Below are positions 18,721-28,048 of a DNA stretch of 64,000 nt, in pieces. This stretch comes from Halanaerobiaceae bacterium. Its GTDB lineage: Bacteria; Bacillota; Halanaerobiia; Halanaerobiales; Halarsenatibacteraceae. Numbering within the stretch: the first letter of the stretch is position 1; each line of letters starts with the position of its first letter. The stretch lies in assembly GCA_003553225.1 (NCBI GenBank), contig PWDW01000225.1, positions 1,140-65,139 on the forward strand. Direction: 5' to 3'. The notes under the pieces were generated by a model that was given only the letters and a program-made list of their open reading frames with translations, had not been told where the DNA came from and searched no databases. A program made the position numbers and the translations under genes.

Positions 18721-19926
18721 GTGGCTATAAACAGTCCGGCCGATCGGATTATTTTAATTGTTCTGGACAGTGTCGGAATAGGAGCTCTGCCTGATGCCGA
18801 TGAATATGGTGATGAAGGAGCAGATACTCTGGGTAATATTCTCCACACCGTTGACCGAATAAAGATACCGCATCTGGAATCTATGGGTCTCGGTAAAATA
18901 AAGGCTCTTCCCGGTCTGGATTCTGATCTACAGGCCCGTGGTATATATGGAAAAATGGCCGAAGCTTCGGCTGGAAAAGATACAACAACCGGCCACTGGG
19001 AACTGGCTGGAATTATTAAAAAAGAACCTTTTCCCGTGTATCCTTCAGGCTTTCCCCGGGAAGTCATCGAGGAATTTACAGATAAAACAGGCAAGCAGAT
19101 CCTGGGCAATAAGGCGGCTTCAGGAACAGTAATTATTGAAGAACTGGGAACTGAACACCTGTCCACAGGATATCCTATAGTTTATACCTCTGCGGACAGT
19201 GTTTTTCAAATAGCAGCCCATGAAGAGGTTATTTCTGTTTCTGAGCTGTATAAACTTTGTCGAACAGCCCGCAGTCTTCTGACCGGTCAGCACGCTGTGG
19301 CCCGGGTTATTGCCCGCCCTTTTGTTGGTCAGCCCGGTTCTTTTGAGAGAACGGAAAAAAGAAAAGATTTTTCATTAGCTCCTCCCGAAGAAACTATGCT
19401 GGATAAAATCAAAAAAGAAGGTCAGACGGTGGCCGGAGCAGGGAAGATTGATGATATTTTTGCCGGTCAGGGTTTGACCACCAGTTCTCCGGCTAAAAGT
19501 CATCCGGAAGTGGTGAAGAACATTATTGATTACATGAAAACTGTGCAGCAGGGTCTTATATTTGCCAATCTGATTGAATTTGATATGCTTTATGGTCATC
19601 GTCGAGATGTTGAAGGTTATGCCCGGGCCCTGGAAAGATTTGATCGGCAGCTCCCCGACATTTTACAGCGGCTTAAGGAAAAGGACATCCTGGTAATTAC
19701 TGCCGATCATGGCTGTGATCCAACTTTTCAGGGTACCGACCACACGCGTGAGTTTGTACCTCTGTTAATGACAGGTTCAAGTTTGAAAAAAGATTTTAAT
19801 CTGGGCGTCAGAAATTCATTTGCCGATCTGGCAGCTTCTATATGTGATCTGCTGGGTACTGAAGGAACAAACTGGGGTACCAGTTTTTTCAAAAAAATAA
19901 TGGGGGGTGCTGTAAATGGTAGATGA
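18721..19926 (+). CDS. deoB: phosphopentomutase
   Basis: 401 aa. LDSVGIGALPDA and GKDTTTGHWE alkaline-phosphatase-superfamily motifs, plus TADHGCDP. GTG start after AAGGGGG. Confidence 0.9.
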   Translation: MAINSPADRIILIVLDSVGIGALPDADEYGDEGADTLGNILHTVDRIKIPHLESMGLGKIKALPGLDSDLQARGIYGKMAEASAGKDTTTGHWELAGIIKKEPFPVYPSGFPREVIEEFTDKTGKQILGNKAASGTVIIEELGTEHLSTGYPIVYTSADSVFQIAAHEEVISVSELYKLCRTARSLLTGQHAVARVIARPFVGQPGSFERTEKRKDFSLAPPEETMLDKIKKEGQTVAGAGKIDDIFAGQGLTTSSPAKSHPEVVKNIIDYMKTVQQGLIFANLIEFDMLYGHRRDVEGYARALERFDRQLPDILQRLKEKDILVITADHGCDPTFQGTDHTREFVPLLMTGSSLKKDFNLGVRNSFADLAASICDLLGTEGTNWGTSFFKKIMGGAVNGR

Positions 19927-20728
19927 ACTAAATAATATTATTGATTATTTGAAAGACAGAATTAATATTGAGCCCGATATCGGCCTTATACTTGGTTCAG
20001 GACTGGGAGTGATGGCGGAAGAAATTCATAACAAAGAAATTGTGGATTATGAAGCTATTCCGGATTTTCCGGTTTCAACTGTGGAAGGACATGCGGGAAG
20101 GTTTGTTTTAGGAGAGCTGGCGGATAAAAAAGTTATAGCTATGCAGGGCCGGTTTCATTATTATGAAGGATATACCATGAAAGAAATTGTACTGCCGGTC
20201 CGGATGTTTCAAAAAATGGGGGTTCAGAGAATGATAGTTACCAATGCCGCCGGAGGTATCAATTTAAATTTTGAGGCTGGAGATTTTATGATAATTACCG
20301 ATCATATTAATCTGATGGGGGATAATCCCCTCCGGGGAGAAAATATAAAGTCTCTGGGAACCCGCTTCCCCGATATGAGTGAAGCATATAGTACACAGCT
20401 GATTGATCTGGCTGAGAAAGCTGCTATGGACCAGGAGCTTATGTTAAATAAAGGAATTTATGCTGCTGTTATGGGCCCCAGTTATGAAACTCCCGCTGAA
20501 ATAAGATATTTAAGAAATATTGGAGCTGATGCCGTGGGTATGTCTACAGTCCCGGAAGTTATTACAGCCAACCATGCCGGTATTGAGGTCCTGGGCATAT
20601 CCTGTATTACCAATATGGCAGCCGGAGTACTGCCCAGCCCCCTGGATCACCGGGAAGTTATGAAAATTGCCGAAAATGTCAAACCGGATTTTATTTCTCT
20701 GATAAAGAGTATTATAGAGAAGATGTAG
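19916..20728 (+). CDS. punA: purine nucleoside phosphorylase (trimeric PNP family)
   Basis: GSGLG, EGHAGRF, GRFHYYEG and MSTVPE motifs. Overlaps the deoB 3' end by 11 nt. Confidence 0.88.
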   Translation: MVDELNNIIDYLKDRINIEPDIGLILGSGLGVMAEEIHNKEIVDYEAIPDFPVSTVEGHAGRFVLGELADKKVIAMQGRFHYYEGYTMKEIVLPVRMFQKMGVQRMIVTNAAGGINLNFEAGDFMIITDHINLMGDNPLRGENIKSLGTRFPDMSEAYSTQLIDLAEKAAMDQELMLNKGIYAAVMGPSYETPAEIRYLRNIGADAVGMSTVPEVITANHAGIEVLGISCITNMAAGVLPSPLDHREVMKIAENVKPDFISLIKSIIEKM

Positions 20729-20768
20729 CTTTTATTTTGGAATAAACTCAGCTCAGGAGGCGAAAAAA

Positions 20769-22088
20769 ATGCCGCTGCAGGTATATGATATAATAAAGAA
20801 AAAACGGGAGGGAGAAACCTTATCCCGTCGGGAGATAAATTATCTTATTCAGAGATACAGCACGGGTGACCTTCCGGATTACCAGATGGCAGCCTGGGCT
20901 ATGGCAGTATATTTCCGGGGTTTGAATGAGAAAGAAACTGTCTGGTTAACCGGAGCTATGGCTGATTCGGGACAAAGAATGGATCTTAGTTCACTGCCCG
21001 GAATAGTGGTCGACAAACATTCTACCGGAGGTGTAGGAGATACAACCACTCTCGTACTGCTGCCCCTGGTTGCGGCAGCGGGAATACCAGCTGCCAAAAT
21101 GTCGGGTCGGGGTCTGGGTCATACTGGAGGTACGGTTGATAAACTGGAAGCAATACCAGGTTTTAAGGTGGAGATGAGCCGAAGTGACTTTTTGACCCAG
21201 GTAAAAAAAATAGGAGTGGCGGTTGTGGCCCAGACTCCAGAGCTGGCTCCAGTGGATAAAAAATTATATGCTCTGCGCGATGTTACAGCTACAGTGGAGT
21301 CTCTGCCGTTGATTGCGAGCAGTATTATGAGCAAAAAAATTGCCGGTGGAGCGTCAGGTCTGGTTCTGGATGTTAAAGTGGGTCGGGGTGCATTTATGAA
21401 AGACAAAAAACAGGCTGAAAAGCTGGCCCGGCTGATGGTTAAAATTGGAGAAGAGTCAGGTTTGAAAACCAGAGCTGTTCTGTCAGCTATGAACCAGCCT
21501 CTGGGTTTTGCGGTTGGAAACTCTCTGGAAGTAATTGAAGCTTTTCAGACTTTGAAAGGACAGGGTCCTGCTGATCTGGAAAAATTATGTCTTACTCTGG
21601 GCAGCTGTATGCTTCAGCTGGCGGGAAAGGAAGGGACATATAAACAGCATTACAGCCATTTGCAGGATGTTCTTCATTCCGGCCAGGCCTTAGAAAAAAT
21701 GAGACAGCTTATTGAAGAACAAAAAGGAGATCCCCGGGTAATCGATAATTATAATATGTTTCCTGAGGCCAGATACAGCCGTGAAGTAAAGAGCAGACAC
21801 TGCGGATATGCTGCTGATCTTGATGCACTAAAGATAGGCAATCTGGCCCGGAAACTGGGTGCTGGACGCAGTGAAAAGGGTGAACAGATTGATCCGGCAG
21901 CAGGTATTGTTCTGCAGAGAAAGCGGGGAGACCGGCTGCAGAAAGGTGAATTATTGGCCCGGCTTTATACCAGTGATCCTGAACTTCTTGAGGAGAGTGC
22001 TGATTTTTGTCGGGAGGCTTTCAGGATAAAAAAAGAAAAGCCCCAGGCAGAAAAACTTGTTTATAAAATGATTAACAGCAGTGAATAG
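20769..22088 (+). CDS. pdp: pyrimidine-nucleoside (thymidine) phosphorylase
   Basis: 439 aa. DKHSTGGVGD and SGRGLGHTGGTVDKLE motifs. The stop TAG (22086-22088) lies inside the first 39-bp repeat. Confidence 0.9.
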   Translation: MPLQVYDIIKKKREGETLSRREINYLIQRYSTGDLPDYQMAAWAMAVYFRGLNEKETVWLTGAMADSGQRMDLSSLPGIVVDKHSTGGVGDTTTLVLLPLVAAAGIPAAKMSGRGLGHTGGTVDKLEAIPGFKVEMSRSDFLTQVKKIGVAVVAQTPELAPVDKKLYALRDVTATVESLPLIASSIMSKKIAGGASGLVLDVKVGRGAFMKDKKQAEKLARLMVKIGEESGLKTRAVLSAMNQPLGFAVGNSLEVIEAFQTLKGQGPADLEKLCLTLGSCMLQLAGKEGTYKQHYSHLQDVLHSGQALEKMRQLIEEQKGDPRVIDNYNMFPEARYSREVKSRHCGYAADLDALKIGNLARKLGAGRSEKGEQIDPAAGIVLQRKRGDRLQKGELLARLYTSDPELLEESADFCREAFRIKKEKPQAEKLVYKMINSSE

Positions 22089-22197
22089 AACAGGTGATGA
22101 TCAAGGTGAACTATCAAAAGTGAATAGAACAGGTGATGATCAAGTTGAACTATCAAAAGTGAATAGAACAGGAGATGATCGAGGTGAACTATCAATG
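22081..22197 (+). repeat. three tandem 39-bp direct repeats at the pdp/dacF junction
   Basis: Unit GTGAATAGAACAGGTGATGATCAAGGTGAACTATCAAAA at 22081, 22120 and 22159, with 1-3 substitutions. Each unit subdivides into about 13-nt GTGA-initiated subunits. The repeats are in frame with the downstream ORF (13 aa per unit). Confidence 0.95.
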
Positions 22198-23424
22198 TGT
22201 TTGATTAAGGAAAAGTTCAGTAAGAATAAAACTATCATGAGTTCTGCCCTTTATACCATTATTTTAATAATCCTATTTTCTTTATTTTTAAAAACACCTA
22301 TTTTTTCTGCCGGGCTGCGTCAAAAATCAGATTTAAATTTTAGTGCCCGTTCTGTGCTGCTTATGGAGCAGGAAACCGGAGAAATTCTTTATGCGGAGAA
22401 TGAACATAGAAGTTTCCCCCCGGCAAGTATGACCAAAATAATGACTTTACTGCTGGTGATGGAAGCTCTAGAGGAAGGGCATATTTCTTTAAACGACCAG
22501 GTAACAGCCAGCAGTTATGCGGCCAGCATGGGTGGTTCTCAAATATGGCTGGAACCGGGAGAGGTAATGTCAGTAGAAGATTTAATAAAAGCAGTGGCCA
22601 TAACTTCAGCCAATGATGCCAGTGTGGCTCTGGCCGAGCACATCAGTGGCAGTAATGAAAATTTTGTAGCCGAGATGAACCGGAAAGCTGAGAAACTGGG
22701 TATGGAAAATACCTATTTTTATAATGTTCATGGACTTCCTTCAGGTTCTGCAGAAATACAGGGCAATTATACTACAGCCTATGATCTGGGAGTGTTAGCC
22801 CGTGAACTTCTAAAATATCCCGAAATTCTTAACTGGACGTCTACCTGGATTGATTATATTCGAGATGGAGAATCATTTTTAAATAATACAAACCGGATGG
22901 TGCGCCATAATCCCGGGGTTGATGGTTTAAAAACCGGATATACCAGGGAGGCCAAATATGGAGTTACAGCCACAGCCCGGAAAGGAGATATGAGGTTGAT
23001 TTCGGTGGTAATGGGGGTCGATCAATCAGAACAGAGATTTGAAGAGGCAGCTGACCTTTTGAATTTTGGGTTTAATAATTATGTGATGTTTACTGCTGCT
23101 GAAGCAGGAGCAGCAATCAAAAACATAAATTTTCCCTATGGTAGACCGGACAGCATAAGTCTGGCATGTCCGGAAGGTATAAAAATTCCACTCCACAAAA
23201 AAGACCTGCAGACAGTATCCACTGCTGTTAATATCACTGAAGAACTCACCGCTCCGGTCAAAAAAGGCTTTTCGGTAGGAGTTCTGGAAATATATGTGGG
23301 CCAACAACTGGTTAAAGAAGCAGAAATTGTAACTTCAAAGGAAGTCGAAAAAGTTTCAGTGGTTCACAGATTATTTCGCTGGCTGGGATCTATGGTAAGG
23401 GGGACCAGCAGTAAAATATGGTAA
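22195..23424 (+). CDS. dacF: D-alanyl-D-alanine carboxypeptidase (S11 family, DacF-like)
   Basis: SMTKIM (SxxK), SANDAS (SxN) and KTGYT (KTG) motifs. The signal/anchor follows a Lys-rich n-region. ATG 22195 has GAGGTGA 7 nt upstream. In-frame GTGs at 22081, 22120 and 22159 could extend the N-terminus. Confidence 0.85.
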   Translation: MCLIKEKFSKNKTIMSSALYTIILIILFSLFLKTPIFSAGLRQKSDLNFSARSVLLMEQETGEILYAENEHRSFPPASMTKIMTLLLVMEALEEGHISLNDQVTASSYAASMGGSQIWLEPGEVMSVEDLIKAVAITSANDASVALAEHISGSNENFVAEMNRKAEKLGMENTYFYNVHGLPSGSAEIQGNYTTAYDLGVLARELLKYPEILNWTSTWIDYIRDGESFLNNTNRMVRHNPGVDGLKTGYTREAKYGVTATARKGDMRLISVVMGVDQSEQRFEEAADLLNFGFNNYVMFTAAEAGAAIKNINFPYGRPDSISLACPEGIKIPLHKKDLQTVSTAVNITEELTAPVKKGFSVGVLEIYVGQQLVKEAEIVTSKEVEKVSVVHRLFRWLGSMVRGTSSKIW

Positions 23425-23426
23425 TA

Positions 23427-23472
23427 CAGGAAGAAACAAAATTTAACTCACCTGTTCCTGCCACTCCCCAGG
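23427..23472 (+). repeat. intergenic repeat, copy 1 (second copy at 53926-53972)
   Basis: CAGGAAGAAACAAAATTTAACTCACCTGTT... shares a 19-nt identical core (23434-23452 = 53933-53951) and about 10/16 matches in the following segment ending in CAGG. Confidence 0.7.
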
Positions 23473-23820
23473 ACCTGTCAGCTGCATTGAGCCAGTATAA
23501 CCACTGAGAATTTGCATTTATGGTGTATATGATTTAAAATTATAGAATGACCTGACCGGATGAATGATTTGTATTTTATTTAATGGTATGGTTATAATGC
23601 TAAAAGTGTTATTTTAAGATTTTTTAACTCAGGATTGTTTTCATAACAGTAATCTTATTTATAATATATAATAAAAAAGACCTATTGCAGTGTAATTATT
23701 TAATGACAAATTTTATTAAATAACAGTAAAGTCAATCAAAAGGACCTGAATGGACTAATGATAATATCTTAAGGAATTAATATATATTTTATACAGCTGG
23801 TATAAAGGGGCTGTTTTTTT

Positions 23821-26430
23821 ATGCAAATAATAGTAGCCCATGATATGACTGATCTGGATGGACTGGCGGCCATGATTGCCGCCGGTAAATTATATGATAA
23901 AGCTCAACCGGTATTTGTCGGTAATCTGGACAGTCAGGTTAGCAACCTTATGGCTCTGTATAGAGATGAGTTATCTATTCTTAATCCGGAAGATGTGGTT
24001 TTTGACCAGCTAACCCGGGTTATTGTTGTGGATACCTATGATCTGGATAGATTGGGTCCACTGGGGAAAAAAATTAACTGGGCGGATAAGAATCTTGAGG
24101 TTATTATGTATGATCACCATCCCCACACCCTGGAAGATATACCCCGGGTGGATCTGGATCTTAGCCGTGAAGTGGGTTCAGCGACTACAATTCTGGTTAA
24201 CCGGATTCGGGCTGAAAACCAGCAATTAAATCCCGTGGAAGCTACGGTATGTGCTTTGGGAATATATGCGGATACAGGTAATTTTACCCACCAGGAGACA
24301 ACTGCGGAAGACCTGTCAGCTGTGGCCTTTCTGATGGAATCCGGGGCCAATATGAAAATCATAAATGAGTTTTTGGAAGAAAAACTTAATGCTGAACAGC
24401 AGGAAGTTTATAATCTGCTGCAGGATAACCGGGAGGATCTGGTGCTGGAAGGGGTCAGGATCTCTCTTTTCACTCTGAAATACAGTACCTATGTCCCCGG
24501 TTTGAATAAAGTTATTACCAGGTTAAAATCTTTACTGAATATTGAAGTGCTATTTATTATTGTGGAAATGGAGGGTGAGACGGTGGTCATCGCCCGCAGC
24601 AGCAGTGATGCGGTAAATGCAGGTCTTATCTGCCGCTATCTGGGTGGTGGGGGCCATAAAGGTGCTGCTTCGGTTCAGCTGGAACAGGAATTAAAGGAAG
24701 CAAGAAGAAATGTAATTTCTGCTCTGAAAAGAGGTATTAGATCGGTTACAAAAATAAAAGATATAATGACAGAAGAAGTACATACCATCGGTCCAGACAC
24801 AAAAATATCCGAAGCAGAAAAGTTAATGGACAGACACGGACATAATGGACTGGTGGTTTGTGAACAGGGGGCAATAAAGGGAGTCTTCTCCCGGAGAGAT
24901 ATTAAAAAGGTTAGAGGGCATGATCTAATGCATGCCCCGGTAAAGGGTTATATGTCCAAAAATGTGATCAAAATAGAACCTACAGCCCCTGTTTTTAGAG
25001 CCCGTGACCTGCTGGTAAAATACAATATTGGTCGTCTGCCGGTGGTCAAAGAGGGAAAGCTTCTGGGCATTGTAACCAGGAGTGATGTGATTGAATCTTA
25101 CTACAATGAACCCGAAAGTCCTTTTAAATATCAGAATATATATGGCAGCAGTCTGGTTCAGATAGAACCCCATATTATTGATATTAAGGATAAATTACAG
25201 CATTTGAAGACTGATATTAGAGAAAAATTGAAAATTATTGGTGAGATTGGCCGGGATAATGAAGCCCGGGTATTTTTGATTGGAGGCCGGATCAGAGATC
25301 TGCTTCTTGGCCGATACAGCAGAGATCTTGATTTTGTGGTTGAAGGTGATGTAAGACAGCTGGCTTCTGAGATCGCGAACCATTTTGGAGTTAAATGGTC
25401 CTATAATGAAAATTTTTCTACTGCCAATATTGAACTTCAGGGTTATAATTTAGATCTGGCGGCAACCAGAAGAGAATATTACCCTGCTCCGGGAGCTTTA
25501 CCGGAGGTAGAAGAGGCTAATATTCTGGTTGATCTATTTCGGAGAGATTATACTGTTAATGCCCTGGCCCTGAATATAGGTCCCGAATCCTGGGGACGGC
25601 TGATTGATTTTTTTCACGGCTGCCGGGATCTGGAGGAAAAAAAATTGAGAATCCTCCACAGGTTCAGCTTTCTTGATGATCCCACACGCATTATAAGAGG
25701 GATTAGACTGGCTTTAGAGCTGGATTTTACTTTTGAAAAAGAGACTTCAGAACTGGCGCGGGAAGCTTTATCTGCCGGAGAGTTTAGTGGACTTTCTCTG
25801 GCCCGTACTTTTCAGGAACTGGAAACTCTGTTTCAGTTTGAATTCACCGAACAGTTTCTTTTATTTTTGAAAAAATATCCGGTCTTTAAACTGCTGGATA
25901 TAAATATAAAAATAGATAAACAGCGGATAGAAAAATTAATTAAACTGGAGGAATTTATGGCTGAATTATCTTCAGCTGATATTGATCTGCAAAAGTGGTC
26001 CCTGCGGATGACCGCTTTGACCGGGGGACTGCCCGATAATGTACTTCAGGAGCTAAATCTATCCGGTAATACTGAGCAGATACTTTCTTCGGCAGCCGAA
26101 TATATTAACAGGCTTAAAGAGGCTGATTCTTTCTGGGATCGGCTGGAGATACTGGATTATATGCTGCCGGATACAGTTGTACTGTGCTGGTATGAGCTGC
26201 AGGATGAAGAACTGAAGTTAGAGCTGGAAAAATATCTAAAGGAAGTTAAAGATATAAAACCGGAAATAGATGGTAATAAGCTGCAGGAACTTGGTTTAAA
26301 ACCGGGCCCCAGGATAAAAGAAGTCCTGGGGGAGATAAGGAAAAGCCGGATTCTGGGAGAGGTAGAAAACCGGTCTCAGGAAATTGAGCTGGCCCACAGG
26401 TTAATTAAGAAAATAAGATCCCGAAACTGA
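23821..26430 (+). CDS. multidomain DHH/DHHA1 phosphoesterase - CBS pair - class II tRNA nucleotidyltransferase/poly(A) polymerase
   Basis: 869 aa. N-terminal AHDMTDLDG, DHH (aa 98-100) and GGGH. Two CBS modules around aa 315-430. GGRIRDLLLG...DLDF, RRDYTVNAL and DPTRIIRGIR nucleotidyltransferase motifs. Confidence 0.8.
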   Translation: MQIIVAHDMTDLDGLAAMIAAGKLYDKAQPVFVGNLDSQVSNLMALYRDELSILNPEDVVFDQLTRVIVVDTYDLDRLGPLGKKINWADKNLEVIMYDHHPHTLEDIPRVDLDLSREVGSATTILVNRIRAENQQLNPVEATVCALGIYADTGNFTHQETTAEDLSAVAFLMESGANMKIINEFLEEKLNAEQQEVYNLLQDNREDLVLEGVRISLFTLKYSTYVPGLNKVITRLKSLLNIEVLFIIVEMEGETVVIARSSSDAVNAGLICRYLGGGGHKGAASVQLEQELKEARRNVISALKRGIRSVTKIKDIMTEEVHTIGPDTKISEAEKLMDRHGHNGLVVCEQGAIKGVFSRRDIKKVRGHDLMHAPVKGYMSKNVIKIEPTAPVFRARDLLVKYNIGRLPVVKEGKLLGIVTRSDVIESYYNEPESPFKYQNIYGSSLVQIEPHIIDIKDKLQHLKTDIREKLKIIGEIGRDNEARVFLIGGRIRDLLLGRYSRDLDFVVEGDVRQLASEIANHFGVKWSYNENFSTANIELQGYNLDLAATRREYYPAPGALPEVEEANILVDLFRRDYTVNALALNIGPESWGRLIDFFHGCRDLEEKKLRILHRFSFLDDPTRIIRGIRLALELDFTFEKETSELAREALSAGEFSGLSLARTFQELETLFQFEFTEQFLLFLKKYPVFKLLDINIKIDKQRIEKLIKLEEFMAELSSADIDLQKWSLRMTALTGGLPDNVLQELNLSGNTEQILSSAAEYINRLKEADSFWDRLEILDYMLPDTVVLCWYELQDEELKLELEKYLKEVKDIKPEIDGNKLQELGLKPGPRIKEVLGEIRKSRILGEVENRSQEIELAHRLIKKIRSRN

Positions 26431-26455
26431 GGTTCCGGGAAAGGAGAGATATATT

Positions 26456-27094
26456 GTGAATATAGGACAAACGCTTGTTCAAATTGTGATTCTTTTGCCC
26501 GTTTTTTTGCTTGCACTTTCTGTACATGAGTTTTCTCATGGATATGTTTCCTATCTGCTGGGAGATCCCACAGCCAAGATGGAGGGAAGGCTTACTTTAA
26601 ATCCTATGGCCCATCTGGACCCGATAGGCACCCTGGTTCTGGTATTAACCAGGATGTTTGGCTGGGCTAAACCGGTACCCATAAATCCCAGTTATTATGA
26701 AAATCCGAGAAAAGGGATGATGTATGTGGGGCTTGCCGGTCCGGGGTCCAATTTTATCATGGCCATTTTATTTAGTGGGATGTGGATGATTTTAATACAG
26801 ACGGGCCTCATTTCTCCCTTTACCTCAATGCAGAGTGTAATGGGTATTGTGGCGATGATGATATCCATGGGAATTCAGATAAATATTGCTCTGGGAGTTT
26901 TTAATTTAATTCCCATTCCCCCTCTGGATGGTTCCAAAATATTAAGAGGACTGCTGCCCCGTAAATTTGATCAGTATTTTCATCAGCTGGAGGGGCCACA
27001 GGGGATGATAATTATTTTTATTTTACTGGCTACAGGTGTTCTGGGCCGCATTATTCGTCCTGTGATAAATCTGTTTATGGGTTTATTACTTTAG
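26456..27094 (+). CDS. site-2 protease family (M50) membrane metalloprotease
   Basis: 212 aa and polytopic. HEFSHGY zinc motif and NLIPIPPLDGS motif. GTG start after GGAAAGGAGAG. Confidence 0.8.
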   Translation: MNIGQTLVQIVILLPVFLLALSVHEFSHGYVSYLLGDPTAKMEGRLTLNPMAHLDPIGTLVLVLTRMFGWAKPVPINPSYYENPRKGMMYVGLAGPGSNFIMAILFSGMWMILIQTGLISPFTSMQSVMGIVAMMISMGIQINIALGVFNLIPIPPLDGSKILRGLLPRKFDQYFHQLEGPQGMIIIFILLATGVLGRIIRPVINLFMGLLL

Positions 27095-27301
27095 AATTTT
27101 TGGTTCACCTTCCCTTCAGCTGTTGAAAAATGAACAGGGGTATCTAATTGAGGGACAAAGCAGTGCTAAAATCATATCTTCAATTTTGATTTCGGCTGGC
27201 AAATGAAACAAATATAAAAAAAGTCTGGTTGGGGAAATTTTGTTTAATGTTTAGAGGACTGCGGCCAAAAAAAGGATAATTAATTAAAGCAGGGTGATTG
27301 A

Positions 27302-28048
27302 ATGGTCTATAAAGTAAAGCTGGACAGTTTTGAAGGACCTCTGGATTTGCTTTATCAGATGGTCCGGGAGAATGAAATAGAATTAAATAAAATATCTCTG
27401 GCCCACCTCACTGAGCAGTATCTGGAATATACGGATTACTTTCAGTCTTTTGATCTGGATATGGCCAGTGAATTTATGGTTATAGCAGGTGAATTGATAG
27501 AGCTGAAGGCCCGCCTGTTATTACCGGACCGAAGACAGAATGAAGAAAAACAGGAAAAAGAAGTTGATCTGGTAGCCCGTCTGAGGGAATATGAGTTTTT
27601 TAAAAATGCAGCAAAAAAACTTGCTGAATTCCGGGCTGAGGCTGAAAATATATTTTTTCGTCCGGAAGAGATGACCTATATCTCCGAAGATGAATATGAA
27701 TTGAGGCTTAATATTGAGGCTGAAGAACTGAAAAACATCTATGACCGGCTGCTCTACAGCAGGAAGGTGCAGGAATCTGATCGGCAAAAAAACGAACTCG
27801 ACTTTGTGCATCAGGAAAAATATCGGGTTGCAGAAAAGACCTCCCACATTCGAGAAAAACTATCTTCCTCTGGAGAAAAGCGGTGGTTTTTTCGCGATTT
27901 TATAAAAAATAAAAAAGATTTTCTGGAAGTGGTGGTTACCCTGCTGAGCATTCTGGAACTTGTTTATCTTGAAGAAATTAAAATCTATCAGGATAATTTG
28001 TTTACCCCAATTGAAGTTATTCCCGTAGAGGAGTGTGAAAAAACATGA
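27302..28048 (+). CDS. scpA: segregation and condensation protein A (kleisin)
   Basis: 248 aa. N-terminus KLDSFEGPLDLLYQMV and a winged-helix C-terminus, typical of ScpA. Overlaps the scpB start (ATGA). Confidence 0.88.
   Translation: MVYKVKLDSFEGPLDLLYQMVRENEIELNKISLAHLTEQYLEYTDYFQSFDLDMASEFMVIAGELIELKARLLLPDRRQNEEKQEKEVDLVARLREYEFFKNAAKKLAEFRAEAENIFFRPEEMTYISEDEYELRLNIEAEELKNIYDRLLYSRKVQESDRQKNELDFVHQEKYRVAEKTSHIREKLSSSGEKRWFFRDFIKNKKDFLEVVVTLLSILELVYLEEIKIYQDNLFTPIEVIPVEECEKT

Noticed and set aside
22081-22197. CRISPR-like or minisatellite interpretation of the 39-bp repeats
   Set aside because: The repeats are directly adjacent with no spacers, there are only three copies, no cas genes are present, and they are in frame with a CDS. 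This is not a CRISPR array.
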